Source: an uncultured Acidobacteriota bacterium
GTDB lineage: Bacteria; Acidobacteriota; Thermoanaerobaculia; Multivoradales; UBA5704
Assembly: GCA_963770895.1 (NCBI GenBank)
Contig: CAVYRF010000002.1
Coordinates: 4,672,001 to 4,736,000, forward strand
Direction of reading: 5' to 3'
Length of the DNA: 64,000 nt
Part shown: in pieces, positions 47,540 through 57,271 of the stretch
Layout: each line of letters starts with the position of its first letter
Position numbering within the stretch: the first letter of the stretch is position 1
Notes under the pieces: model-generated
The model's database searches: none
Seen by the model: the letters and a program-made list of their open reading frames with translations, nothing else
What the model was told of the DNA's origin: nothing
Made by a program: the position numbers and the translations under genes

Positions 47540-50500
47540 TTGGCGCCTGCTACTGCAGCCGATCTGCTCGCCTTGCCGGTGGAAGACCGCACCGCGGCCC
47601 TGGTGGCGGCGCTGCGCGGCTGGGCCGCGGCGGCGCTCGCCGTGCCTGCGGCGGCGCTCGATCCCGACCGGCCGCTGGCCGCCCTGGGGCTCGACTCGCT
47701 GGCGGCGGTCGAGCTGGCGCACGAGGTGGAGCAGCAGCTGGGGGTGGCGATCCCGCTGACCCGGCTGCTGGACGACGCAACGCTGCACAGCCTGGCGGCG
47801 CAGCTGCTGGAGGACCTGGCGCGGCGGGACGAGCCGGAGGCGCCGATCACCCACGTCCCGCCGGCGGCGGGGCAGGCGGATGCCCCGCTGTCGCACGGCC
47901 AGCAGGCGCTCTGGTTCCTGCAGCGGCTGGCGCCGCACAGCGCCGCATATACCATCGCCGCCGCGGTGCGGGTGCACGGCGCGTTCGACGCCGCGGCGCT
48001 GGGGCGCGCCCTGGCGGCGGTCGTGGACCGCCATGCGGCGCTGCGCACCACGTTCCACGACCGCGCGGGGCTGCCCGTGCAGCGCGTGCACGCGGCGCTG
48101 CCGCCGGGCTTTCAGGTCGAGGATGCGGCGGGCCTGGACGGCCGGCAGCTGGCGGCGCGGCTGGGGCGCCAGGTGGTGGAGCCGCCGTTCGACATGGCCG
48201 CCGGGCCGCTGCTGCGCGCCGCGGTGCTCCGCATCGCTCCCGGCGAGCATGCGCTGGCGCTGGCGGTGCACCACCTGGTGGCCGATTTCGGCTCGCTGGC
48301 CGTGCTGTTCGACGAGCTGGGGCGGCTGTACGCGCGCGAAACGGGCGGCGCGGCGGAGCTGGCGGCCCCGCCGGACCTCACCTACGCCGACTGGGTCGCC
48401 TGGCAGCGCCGCCGCCTGGCCGGTCCGTGGGGGGAGCGGCAGTGGGAGTACTGGCGGCAGGCGCTCACGCCGCTGCCGCCCGACCTGGAGCTGCCCACCG
48501 ACCGGCCGCGGCCGGCGGTGCTGACCGACCGTGGCGACGCCGTGGCGCTGCGGCTGGGCGCCGGCGCGGCCGCGGCGGTGCGCGGGTTGGCCGCGGCTTC
48601 GAGCGCGACCCTGTTTGCGACTTTGCTGGCGGGCTTTCAGGCGGTGCTCGGCCGGTTTTCGGGGCAGGACGACGTGGCGGTGGGATGTCCGGTGGGGGGG
48701 CGGCGGGGCGCACCGGGGCTGGCGCGGGTGGTGGGGTACTTCGTCAATCCCGTCGTGGTGCGGGCCGACCTGTCGCGGGCGCCGACGTTCGGCGAGCTGC
48801 TGCACCGGGTGCGGAGCGCCGCCCTGGGGGCGCTGGAGCACGCCGGCTACCCGTTCGCGCTGCTCACCGAACGGTTGCAGCCGGCGCGCAGCACCAGCCG
48901 CTCGCCGGTGTTCCAGGCGCTGTTCGTGCTGCAGCGGGCGCCGCGCGCCGAACAGGCGGACCTGGCGCCGCTCGCCCTGGGCGAAGAGGGGGTCGATGCC
49001 GCGCTGGGGCCGCTGGCGATCTCGTCCCTGGCGCTGCCCGGGCGACCGGCGCAGTTCGACCTGGCGCTGTCGCTGGCCGAGGCCGGCGGCGCCGTCGGTG
49101 CCGGCGGGGCGGGCGGCCTGGGCGCTTTGGGCGGGGTGGGCGCCGCCGGGGACGACATCGCCCTGTCGCTGGGCTTCAATGCCGACCTGTTCGATCGCTC
49201 GACCGCGACGCGCCTTGCCGCGGCGTTCCGCCAGCTGCTGGTGGCGGCGGCGGCCGACCCCGGCGCGGCGGTGGGCGACCTGCCGCTGCTCGCGGCGGCC
49301 GAACGGTTTCAGCTGCTCGCGGAATGGAATGCCAGCGCCGCGGACTATCCGGCGCACCAGACGATCGATCAGCTGATCGCGGCGCGGGCGGAGCAGACGC
49401 CGGATCGCGTCGCCGTCGAAGCGGACGACGGCGCGCTGACCTGCGGCGAGCTGGCCGCGCGGTCGCTGCAGCTGGCCCGCCACCTGCGGCGGCTGGGGGT
49501 GCGCGCCGAAGTGCCGGTGGGAGTCCTTGCCGGCCGCTCCTGCGACATGGTGGTCGCCCTCTTGGGGGTGCTGCAGGCCGGCGGCGCCTACGTGCCGCTC
49601 GACCCCACCTATCCCGCCGCGCGCCTCGACCTCATGTTGGAGGATTCGGGAGCGCCGGTGGTGCTGACCCAGCAGCACCTGCGATCGACGCTGGCGGATC
49701 TGCCGGGCCGGGAGGTCGTCTGCCTGGACGCCGACTGGCCGCGGATCGCCGCCAGCGCGCCGGATGCGCCGTTCACCAGCCGCGCGCGGCCGGACCAGAC
49801 CGCCTACCTGATCTACACCTCGGGTTCGACCGGCCGCCCCAAGGGGGTGGAGGTGTCGCACCGCAGCCTGGTCAACTTCCTGGCTTCGATGGCCCGCCAA
49901 CCGGGCATCGACGCGCTGGACCGGCTGGTTTCGGTGACCACCCTGTCGTTCGACATCGCGGGGCTGGAAATCTACCTGCCGCTCGCGGCCGGGGCGCGGC
50001 TGATCCTGGCGAGCCGCCAGACCGCGAGCGACGGCGCCGCGCTGCTCGGCCTGCTGGAGCGCGCCGGGGTCACCGTGATGCAGGCGACGCCGGCTACCTG
50101 GCGGCTGCTGCTGGCGGCCGGCTGGGAAGGCCGGCCGCCGCTGCGGGTGCTGTGCGGCGGCGAAGCGCTGCCGCGCGATCTGGCCGACCGCCTGGCGGCG
50201 CGCGGCGCGGCGGTGTGGAACCTCTACGGGCCGACCGAAACGACGATCTGGTCGGCGGTCGCCAGGGTGGCCGGCAGCGGCGCCGGCGGGCTGGCGAACG
50301 CCGCCGATCCCGTGGGCGCCGCCGGCGGATCTATGCTGGCCATCGGGCGGCCGATCGCCAATACCTCGTTGCACGTCGTCGACAGCCGGCTGCACCCGGC
50401 CCCCATCGGCGTGCCCGGCGAGCTGCTGATCGGCGGCCACGGTGTGGCGCGCGGCTACCGCGGCCGCCCCGACCTGACCGCCGAACGGTTCATCCCCGAT

Positions 50501-53500
50501 CCCTGGAGCGAGGACGCCGGGGCGCGTCTCTACCGCACCGGCGACCTGACGCGCCGGCGGGGCGACGGCGAGATCGAGTTTCTGGGCCGCCTGGACCACC
50601 AGGTCAAGATCCGCGGCGTCCGCGTCGAGCTGGGCGAGGTGGAGGCGGCGGTCGCCGCCTGCGCCGGGGTGGGGCAGGCGGTGGTGGCGGCGCAGACCGA
50701 CAGCTCGGGGCTGCAGCGCCTGGTGGCCTACGTCGTCGCCGCGGCGGGCGCCGCCGCGCCCGACCCGGCCGCGCTGCGGCGCGAGGCGGCCGCGCGCCTG
50801 CCGGAAGCGTACGTCCCCTCGCTCTTCCAGGTCCTGGACCGCCTGCCGCTGACGCCCAACGGCAAGGTCGACCGCCGGGCGCTGCCGGCCGCCGTGCCGG
50901 CGGTGGCCGCGGCCGCGGGTGGCGGCGCGCCGCCGCGCTCGGCGCTGGAGCGCACCGTCGCCGGCATCTGGCGCGACGTCCTGGGGCTGGATCGCGTCGG
51001 GCTGCACGACAACTTCTTCGACCTGGGCGGCCATTCGCTGCTGGCGGCGCAGGTGCATGCGCGGCTGCGCGAAGCGTTGCAGATCGAGCTTTCGCTGGTG
51101 GATCTGTTCCGCCACCCGACGGTGGCGGCGCTGGCGCAAGCGCTGGCGCCGCTTGCCGGCGGTGCGCTGAGCGCGGACGGTCCGGGGGAAGCTGGCGATC
51201 TCGCCCCAGGGCCGTCGCCGCCGCTCGCGGGCGGTGCCGCGCCGGGCGATGCGGGCACGCAGGTCGCCATCGTCGGCATGGCCGGGCGTTTTCCCGGCGC
51301 GCCCTCGGTCGCCGACCTGTGGCGGCGGCTGCGCGGCGGCGAGGAGTGCCTGACGCGGCTGTCCGCGGCCGACCTGGCCGCCGGCGGTGTCAGCGCCGCG
51401 GCCGCGGCGGCGCCAGGCTACGTGCCGGTCGCCGGCCTGGTGGCGGAGGCGGACTGCTTCGACGCCGCCTTCTTTGCCCTCAACCCGCGCGAAGCCGAGC
51501 TGATGGACCCGCAGCACCGGGTGTTCCTGGAGTGCGCCTGGCACGCGCTGGAAGACGCCGGCTACGACCCCAGGCAGTACGGCGGGCGCATCGGCCTTTA
51601 CGCCGGCGCGGGGATCAACACCTACCTGCACCATGCCGGGGTCGAGCGGGTCGCGGCGCTGGGCGGCCGGCACCAGGCTTTCATCGCCAATGACAAGGAT
51701 TTTGTGACGACGCGGGCCAGCTACAAGCTCGACCTGCGCGGGCCGAGCATCAACGTGCAGACCGCCTGCTCGACCTCGCTGGTGGCCGTGCATCTGGCCT
51801 GCCAGGCGCTGCGCGCGGGCGACTGCGACATGGCGCTGGCCGGCGGGGTCGCCATCCGCTCGCCGCAAAACGTCGGCTACCGCTGGGAGGAGGGCGGCAT
51901 CTCCTCGCCTGACGGTCACTGCCGCGCCTTCGACGCGCACGCCCAGGGCACGGTGTTCGGCAACGGCGTGGGGCTCCTGGTGCTCAAGCCGCTGGCGCGG
52001 GCGCTGGCCGACGGCGACACCGTGCACGCCGTGATCAAGGGCACCGCGATCAACAACGACGGCGCCCTCAAGGTGGGCTACACCGCGCCGGGCGTGGCCG
52101 GCCAGGCGCAGGTCATCGCCGCCGCCCTGGCCGCCGCCGGCGTGGACGCCGGCAGCGTCTCCTTCGTCGAAGCGCACGGCACCGGCACGCCGATGGGCGA
52201 TCCCATCGAAGTGGCGGCGCTGACCCAGGTGTTCCAGGCGGCGACCGCGCGGCGCGGCTTCTGCGCCCTGGGGTCGGTGAAGACCAACCTGGGGCACCTG
52301 GACACCGCCGCCGGGGTGGCCGGCATGGTCAAGGCCGTGCTCGCGCTGGAGCACCGCGAGATCCCGCCCAGCCTGCATTTCGCCACCGCCAACCCGCGCC
52401 TCGACCTGGCCGCGGGGCCGTTCTTCGTCAACACCGCCCTGCTGCCCTGGGAAGCCGCCGCCGACGGCGCGCCGCGGCGGGCCGGCGTCAGCTCCTTCGG
52501 CATCGGCGGCACCAACGCGCACGTGGTGCTGGAAGAGGCGCCGCCGCCCGCCGCGCCCACGCCGGTGCCCGCGGCCGCGGAGGGGATTGCCACGGCGGGG
52601 TTCGCCGCGGCGGCGACGGCCGCCGAAGAGGCCGGCCCGCGTGCCGAGCTGCTGCTGCTGTCGGCGCGCAGCGCCGCGGCGCGCGACCAGGTGTCGCGCC
52701 GGCTGGCGGCGGCGCTGGCCGAGCGCCCCGACCTGGCCCTGGCGGACGTCGCCCACACCCTGCGGGTGGGCCGGCGCGCCTTCGCCTGGCGCCGGATGCT
52801 GGTCGCCGCCGACGCCGCCGACCTGGGCGCGGCGGCGGCGGCGCTGGCGGCGCACGACCCCGAACGGGTGCTGAGCGCCACGGTCGACGAGGGGGCCGCG
52901 CCCGAGGTGGCGTTGCTGTTTTCCGGCCAGGGGTCGCAGCACCCCGGCATGGCGCGCCGGCTGTATGCGCACCAGCCGGTCTTTCGCCGCGCCCTTGACG
53001 AATGCTGCGAGCTGTTGCGGCCGCACCTGCACCTGGACCTGCGGCAGCTGCTCTTTCCGGCGGCCGGCGACCAGGCGGCGGCGGCCGCGGCGCTGCAGGA
53101 AACCCGCCTGGCGCAGCCGGCGCTGTTCGCGGTCGAGCATTCGCTGGCCCGCCTGTGGCAGGCCTGGGGCGTGCACCCCGCGGCGCTGCTCGGCCACAGC
53201 GTCGGCGAGTACGTGGCAGCCTGCCTGGCGCAGGTGTTTTCGCTGCCGCAGGCCCTGGCGCTGGTCGCGGCGCGCGGCCGCCTGATGCAGGCGATGCCGG
53301 CGGGGGCGATGCTGGGCGTCCAGCTGAGCGAAGCGGATCTGCTGCCGCTGCTCGGCGGCGAGCTGTCCCTGGCGGCCGTCAACGGTCCCGCCGCCACCGT
53401 GGTTTCGGGTCCGGGCGCGGCGGTCGCGGAGCTCGAGCGCCGCCTGGCCGCGCGCCGGGTGCGCCACCGCCGCCTGCACACCTCGCACGCCTTCCATTCG

Positions 53501-56500
53501 GCGATGATGGAGCCGATCCTGGACGCCTTCGCCGCGGAAGTTGCGCGCTGCGCCCCGCGGCCGCCGCGGCTGCGCTGGATCTCCAACCTGACCGGCACCT
53601 GGATCGACGCCGGCCAGGCCGCCGACCCCGCCTATTGGGCGCGCCACCTGCGCGGCACCGTGCGCTTCGCCGCCGGCCTGCGCGAGCTGTGCGCCGACCC
53701 CGGCCGCATCCTCCTGGAGGTCGGGCCCGGCAACGTCCTGGCGACGCTCGCCCGCCAGAACCTGGCCGCCGGCGATCGCCGCCAGGTGCTGACCACGCTG
53801 CCGCACCCGCAGGAGCCGCGCCCGGACGACCAGGTGGCGCTGCAAGCCCTGGGGCGCCTGTGGCTGGCCGGCGTCGCGATCGACGCCGAAGCCCTGGCAG
53901 CCCCGGCGCGCGCCGCCGGCACCCCGCCGCGGCGCGTCCCCCTGCCGCTCTATCCTTTCGAGCGCCAGCGCTACTGGCTGGAAGCGCAGCCCGCGGGCGC
54001 CGCGCTCGCCGGCGCCGCCGCGGCGCCGGCCGACGCCCTGGCCCGGCGCGACGATCCAGCCGACTGGACCTGGGCGCCCCTATGGCGCCAGACCGTGCAA
54101 CCGCCGCCGCTTCCCGCCGCCGCAGTCGCGCCTGGCGCTGCCGTCGCCGCAGCCACTGCGGTGGCCGCAGCGGGCGTACCTGCCGCCGCCGCGATCGCCG
54201 GCGGCGCTGGCGCGGCGGCTTCTGGCACTTCGACCGCTGCGGTCGCCGGTGGGGCCGCGGTGAGCGAGTTGTGGCTGTTGCTTGCTCCGGCGGCCGGTCC
54301 GGGCGTCGAGCTGGTCGCGGGCCTGGTGGCAGCCCTTACCGCCCGCGCCTACCGCGTCGTGCTGGCGCAGGACATCCCACCGGGCACGCGATCCGGCGCC
54401 GATAGCGAGGATGCGGATGCGGACGCACCCCTGGTTCGGCTGGCGCCGGGACACTATCGCTGCGACCTGGCGCGAGCGCAGGACGTGGTGCGGCTGATTG
54501 AGACGCTGCGCGCTGGCGGGGACGCGGCCCCGATCCGCGTGTTGCATCTGCTCAACGTCGGCGCGGCGCCCGGTGCGCGGGACGCGGCGTCGCTTTTGGC
54601 GGGGCTGCCGGCGGCTCGGCGCGCCGCATTCGACAGTCCGCTGGCGGTGGCCCGCGCTTTGGAGATTGCGCGGGCCGCATCGGATGCGCGGTTCATCCTG
54701 GTTGCGAGCCATCTGCACCGGCTGCCCGGCGATGCGGCGAGCTGCCCCGAAAGGGCGCTTCTTTTGGGACTGTCGGCGGTGATCCCGCAGGAGATCGAAG
54801 GGCTGGCATGCCGCGTGGTCGATCTGGCGCCGGCACCCGGCGACGAGGTCGCGGGCTCCGGCGCTCCTGGCGCGACCTTGACGGATGCGAACGGGGCGGC
54901 TGCCGCGGAGCTGGCCGAGGATCTGCTGGCGGAGGCCGGCGCTTGGGGTGGGGAGGCGGAGCCGGTGGTGGCGTGGCGCGACGGGGTGCGCTGGGTGCGC
55001 ACGTTCGGCCCGGCGCCGATCGGCGGCGCGGTGGACGCGGCGGCGGGCGGAACGCTGCCGCGGGTGCGCGACGGCGGCATCTACCTGATCACCGGTGGGC
55101 TGGGGGGCATCGGCCTGGCCCTGGCCGGTGAGCTGGCGGCGATGGCGCGGGTCAAGCTGGCGCTCCTGGGGCGGGGCGCGCTGCCGCCGCGCGAGCAGTG
55201 GGAGGCCGCCGCGGCGGCGGGCGACGCGCGGGTGCTCGGGGTGCTGGCGCTGGAGGCGGCGGGGGCGGAGGTGGCGACGGTGGCCGCGGACGTGGCGGAC
55301 CGCGGCTCGCTCGCCGCGGCGCTGGTCCAGGTGGAGGGCCGCCTGGGGGGCCTGGTGAGCGGCGTGATCCACGCCGCGGGCGTGCCCGGCGGGCGGCTGC
55401 TGCAGCTGGAAAGCGACGCGGGCGCGGCGGCGGTGCTGGCTCCCAAGGTCGCTGGGACGCTCAACCTGGCGGCGCTGCTGGATTCCCGCAAGCTGGACTT
55501 CTTTGTGCTGTGCTCGTCGCTCAACGCCACCCTGGGCGGCTTCGGCCAGGCCAGCTACGCGGCGGCCAACGCTTTCCTGGACGGCTTTGCCGCCGAGCGC
55601 GCGCGGCGCCGCGGCACGCGCTGGGTGGCGATGGGCTGGGACCGCTGGGAAGCGGTCGGCATGGCGGCGCGGTCGGCTTCGCCCGTGGCGCTGTGGCAGG
55701 GCGGCGGGTCGGGACGGGATGGCGGCGCTGGCGATGGGGCTGCCCCTGGCGCCGATGTCGTCGATCCCGCCGGCCGCGCCGATCCCGCCGATCGTGCCGA
55801 TCGTTTCGAGGGTACCAACAGTGCCGAGGGTGCCGACCGTGCCGATCGAGCCGCCGGCGCTGGCGGCGCCGATGCCGGAGCCGGACGGCACCCTCTTCTG
55901 GACGCCCAGGTGGAGCGCACCGGCGAGCGCGAGGTCTGGCTGTCGGAGCTGAGCGCCGAGCGGCACTGGGTGCTTGCGGAGCATCTGATCCTGGGGCGCC
56001 CGACGGTGCCGGGCACGACGTACCTGGAGATGGCGCGCGCGGCCTTTGCGCCGCGCGCCGGCGGCGGCGCGGTCGAGATCCGCGACGTGGTGTTTCCGCT
56101 GCCGCTGGCGGTGTCGGCGCGGGAGCGGCGCGAGGTGCGCACGATCCTGGACGACGTTGGCGACGGGTGCGAGTTTCGCGTCGTCAGCCGGCCGGCCGGG
56201 GCGTCCTGGCAGGAGCATGCGCGCGGGCGCCTGGCGGTGTCCGCGGAGCCGGCGCCGCCGCCGCGGGACGTGGCGGCGCTGCGGTCGGCCTGCACCCGCG
56301 GCGAGATCACCCAGCTCGCCAAGGAGGGCGGTTTTCTGCGCACCGGCCGCCGCTGGCAGTGCCTGCGCCGCGTGCTGTTGGGGGTGGACGAAAGCGTCGC
56401 CGAGCTGGTGGTGGACCAGGATCTGGAGGGGGAGCTGGGCGTCTTCGGGTTGCATCCGGCGGTGCTGGACGCGGCGGCCGGCGCGGTGCAGGTGCTGGGC

Positions 56501-57271
56501 GAGGGCGACTACCTGCCGCTGGCCTACGAGCGCCTGACCATCCACGCCGCCATGACCCGCCGCAGCTACAGTCACCTGCGCTTGCGCGGCGCGCCGGGCG
56601 ACGTGCTCACCTGCGACATCCAGCTGCTCGACCCATCCGGCCGCGTGCTGGTCGACGTCGCCGGCTTTTCGATGCGGCGAGTGCGGGCCGCGGCCGCCGC
56701 GCCGCTGGCCCACGTCGAGGCCGGCGGCATCCGGCCCCAGGAGGGGGCGGCCCTGCTGCGCCGCGTGCTGGCGGCCGGGGGCGGTGTGCCGCCGCAGCTG
56801 ATCGTTTCCACTCGCGCGCTGCCGGCGGTGCTGGACGCGGCGCGGGCGTTTGGCCGGCAGCGCCTGGCGGAGCGGCTGGACGGCGCGCCGCCGGCCGCGG
56901 TGCACGAGCGGCCGGCGGTGGCGACGGCCTATGCGCCTCCGGCGGACGACCTGGAGCGCCGGGTGGCGGCGGTGTGGGAGCGCGTGCTGGGCATCGATCA
57001 GGTGGGGGTGCACGACAACTTCTTCGAGCTGGGCGGCACCTCGCTGACGGGCATTCAGCTGGTCGCCGATCTCAAGCAGCAGCTCGGCGTCGAGGTGCCG
57101 ACGGTGGCGATCTTTCAGGCGCCGACCGTGGCGGCGCTGGTGCGCTACCTGCGGCCGGCGCCGCTGGCGCAGTCGCCGTTCGCCGCCGGCCGGGCGCGGG
57201 CGGAGATGAAAAAGCAGGTCTTTGCGCGCGCCCGGCGTGCGGGCGCGGGCAGCGCGAGGAAGGGGACATGA
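47540..57271 (+). CDS. Hybrid NRPS-PKS: ACP-C-A(Gly-like)-PCP-KS-AT-KR[DH]-ACP
   Basis: LGLDSL; HHLVAD; YTSGSTGRPKG, SFDIAGLE, YGPTE, NGKVDR; LGGHSL; TACSTS/HGTGT/NLGH; GHSVG + HAFH (malonyl); GGLGGIG/YAAAN; HLILGRPTVP/HPAVLD; LGGTSL. Confidence 0.95.
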   Translation: MAPATAADLLALPVEDRTAALVAALRGWAAAALAVPAAALDPDRPLAALGLDSLAAVELAHEVEQQLGVAIPLTRLLDDATLHSLAAQLLEDLARRDEPEAPITHVPPAAGQADAPLSHGQQALWFLQRLAPHSAAYTIAAAVRVHGAFDAAALGRALAAVVDRHAALRTTFHDRAGLPVQRVHAALPPGFQVEDAAGLDGRQLAARLGRQVVEPPFDMAAGPLLRAAVLRIAPGEHALALAVHHLVADFGSLAVLFDELGRLYARETGGAAELAAPPDLTYADWVAWQRRRLAGPWGERQWEYWRQALTPLPPDLELPTDRPRPAVLTDRGDAVALRLGAGAAAAVRGLAAASSATLFATLLAGFQAVLGRFSGQDDVAVGCPVGGRRGAPGLARVVGYFVNPVVVRADLSRAPTFGELLHRVRSAALGALEHAGYPFALLTERLQPARSTSRSPVFQALFVLQRAPRAEQADLAPLALGEEGVDAALGPLAISSLALPGRPAQFDLALSLAEAGGAVGAGGAGGLGALGGVGAAGDDIALSLGFNADLFDRSTATRLAAAFRQLLVAAAADPGAAVGDLPLLAAAERFQLLAEWNASAADYPAHQTIDQLIAARAEQTPDRVAVEADDGALTCGELAARSLQLARHLRRLGVRAEVPVGVLAGRSCDMVVALLGVLQAGGAYVPLDPTYPAARLDLMLEDSGAPVVLTQQHLRSTLADLPGREVVCLDADWPRIAASAPDAPFTSRARPDQTAYLIYTSGSTGRPKGVEVSHRSLVNFLASMARQPGIDALDRLVSVTTLSFDIAGLEIYLPLAAGARLILASRQTASDGAALLGLLERAGVTVMQATPATWRLLLAAGWEGRPPLRVLCGGEALPRDLADRLAARGAAVWNLYGPTETTIWSAVARVAGSGAGGLANAADPVGAAGGSMLAIGRPIANTSLHVVDSRLHPAPIGVPGELLIGGHGVARGYRGRPDLTAERFIPDPWSEDAGARLYRTGDLTRRRGDGEIEFLGRLDHQVKIRGVRVELGEVEAAVAACAGVGQAVVAAQTDSSGLQRLVAYVVAAAGAAAPDPAALRREAAARLPEAYVPSLFQVLDRLPLTPNGKVDRRALPAAVPAVAAAAGGGAPPRSALERTVAGIWRDVLGLDRVGLHDNFFDLGGHSLLAAQVHARLREALQIELSLVDLFRHPTVAALAQALAPLAGGALSADGPGEAGDLAPGPSPPLAGGAAPGDAGTQVAIVGMAGRFPGAPSVADLWRRLRGGEECLTRLSAADLAAGGVSAAAAAAPGYVPVAGLVAEADCFDAAFFALNPREAELMDPQHRVFLECAWHALEDAGYDPRQYGGRIGLYAGAGINTYLHHAGVERVAALGGRHQAFIANDKDFVTTRASYKLDLRGPSINVQTACSTSLVAVHLACQALRAGDCDMALAGGVAIRSPQNVGYRWEEGGISSPDGHCRAFDAHAQGTVFGNGVGLLVLKPLARALADGDTVHAVIKGTAINNDGALKVGYTAPGVAGQAQVIAAALAAAGVDAGSVSFVEAHGTGTPMGDPIEVAALTQVFQAATARRGFCALGSVKTNLGHLDTAAGVAGMVKAVLALEHREIPPSLHFATANPRLDLAAGPFFVNTALLPWEAAADGAPRRAGVSSFGIGGTNAHVVLEEAPPPAAPTPVPAAAEGIATAGFAAAATAAEEAGPRAELLLLSARSAAARDQVSRRLAAALAERPDLALADVAHTLRVGRRAFAWRRMLVAADAADLGAAAAALAAHDPERVLSATVDEGAAPEVALLFSGQGSQHPGMARRLYAHQPVFRRALDECCELLRPHLHLDLRQLLFPAAGDQAAAAAALQETRLAQPALFAVEHSLARLWQAWGVHPAALLGHSVGEYVAACLAQVFSLPQALALVAARGRLMQAMPAGAMLGVQLSEADLLPLLGGELSLAAVNGPAATVVSGPGAAVAELERRLAARRVRHRRLHTSHAFHSAMMEPILDAFAAEVARCAPRPPRLRWISNLTGTWIDAGQAADPAYWARHLRGTVRFAAGLRELCADPGRILLEVGPGNVLATLARQNLAAGDRRQVLTTLPHPQEPRPDDQVALQALGRLWLAGVAIDAEALAAPARAAGTPPRRVPLPLYPFERQRYWLEAQPAGAALAGAAAAPADALARRDDPADWTWAPLWRQTVQPPPLPAAAVAPGAAVAAATAVAAAGVPAAAAIAGGAGAAASGTSTAAVAGGAAVSELWLLLAPAAGPGVELVAGLVAALTARAYRVVLAQDIPPGTRSGADSEDADADAPLVRLAPGHYRCDLARAQDVVRLIETLRAGGDAAPIRVLHLLNVGAAPGARDAASLLAGLPAARRAAFDSPLAVARALEIARAASDARFILVASHLHRLPGDAASCPERALLLGLSAVIPQEIEGLACRVVDLAPAPGDEVAGSGAPGATLTDANGAAAAELAEDLLAEAGAWGGEAEPVVAWRDGVRWVRTFGPAPIGGAVDAAAGGTLPRVRDGGIYLITGGLGGIGLALAGELAAMARVKLALLGRGALPPREQWEAAAAAGDARVLGVLALEAAGAEVATVAADVADRGSLAAALVQVEGRLGGLVSGVIHAAGVPGGRLLQLESDAGAAAVLAPKVAGTLNLAALLDSRKLDFFVLCSSLNATLGGFGQASYAAANAFLDGFAAERARRRGTRWVAMGWDRWEAVGMAARSASPVALWQGGGSGRDGGAGDGAAPGADVVDPAGRADPADRADRFEGTNSAEGADRADRAAGAGGADAGAGRHPLLDAQVERTGEREVWLSELSAERHWVLAEHLILGRPTVPGTTYLEMARAAFAPRAGGGAVEIRDVVFPLPLAVSARERREVRTILDDVGDGCEFRVVSRPAGASWQEHARGRLAVSAEPAPPPRDVAALRSACTRGEITQLAKEGGFLRTGRRWQCLRRVLLGVDESVAELVVDQDLEGELGVFGLHPAVLDAAAGAVQVLGEGDYLPLAYERLTIHAAMTRRSYSHLRLRGAPGDVLTCDIQLLDPSGRVLVDVAGFSMRRVRAAAAAPLAHVEAGGIRPQEGAALLRRVLAAGGGVPPQLIVSTRALPAVLDAARAFGRQRLAERLDGAPPAAVHERPAVATAYAPPADDLERRVAAVWERVLGIDQVGVHDNFFELGGTSLTGIQLVADLKQQLGVEVPTVAIFQAPTVAALVRYLRPAPLAQSPFAAGRARAEMKKQVFARARRAGAGSARKGT

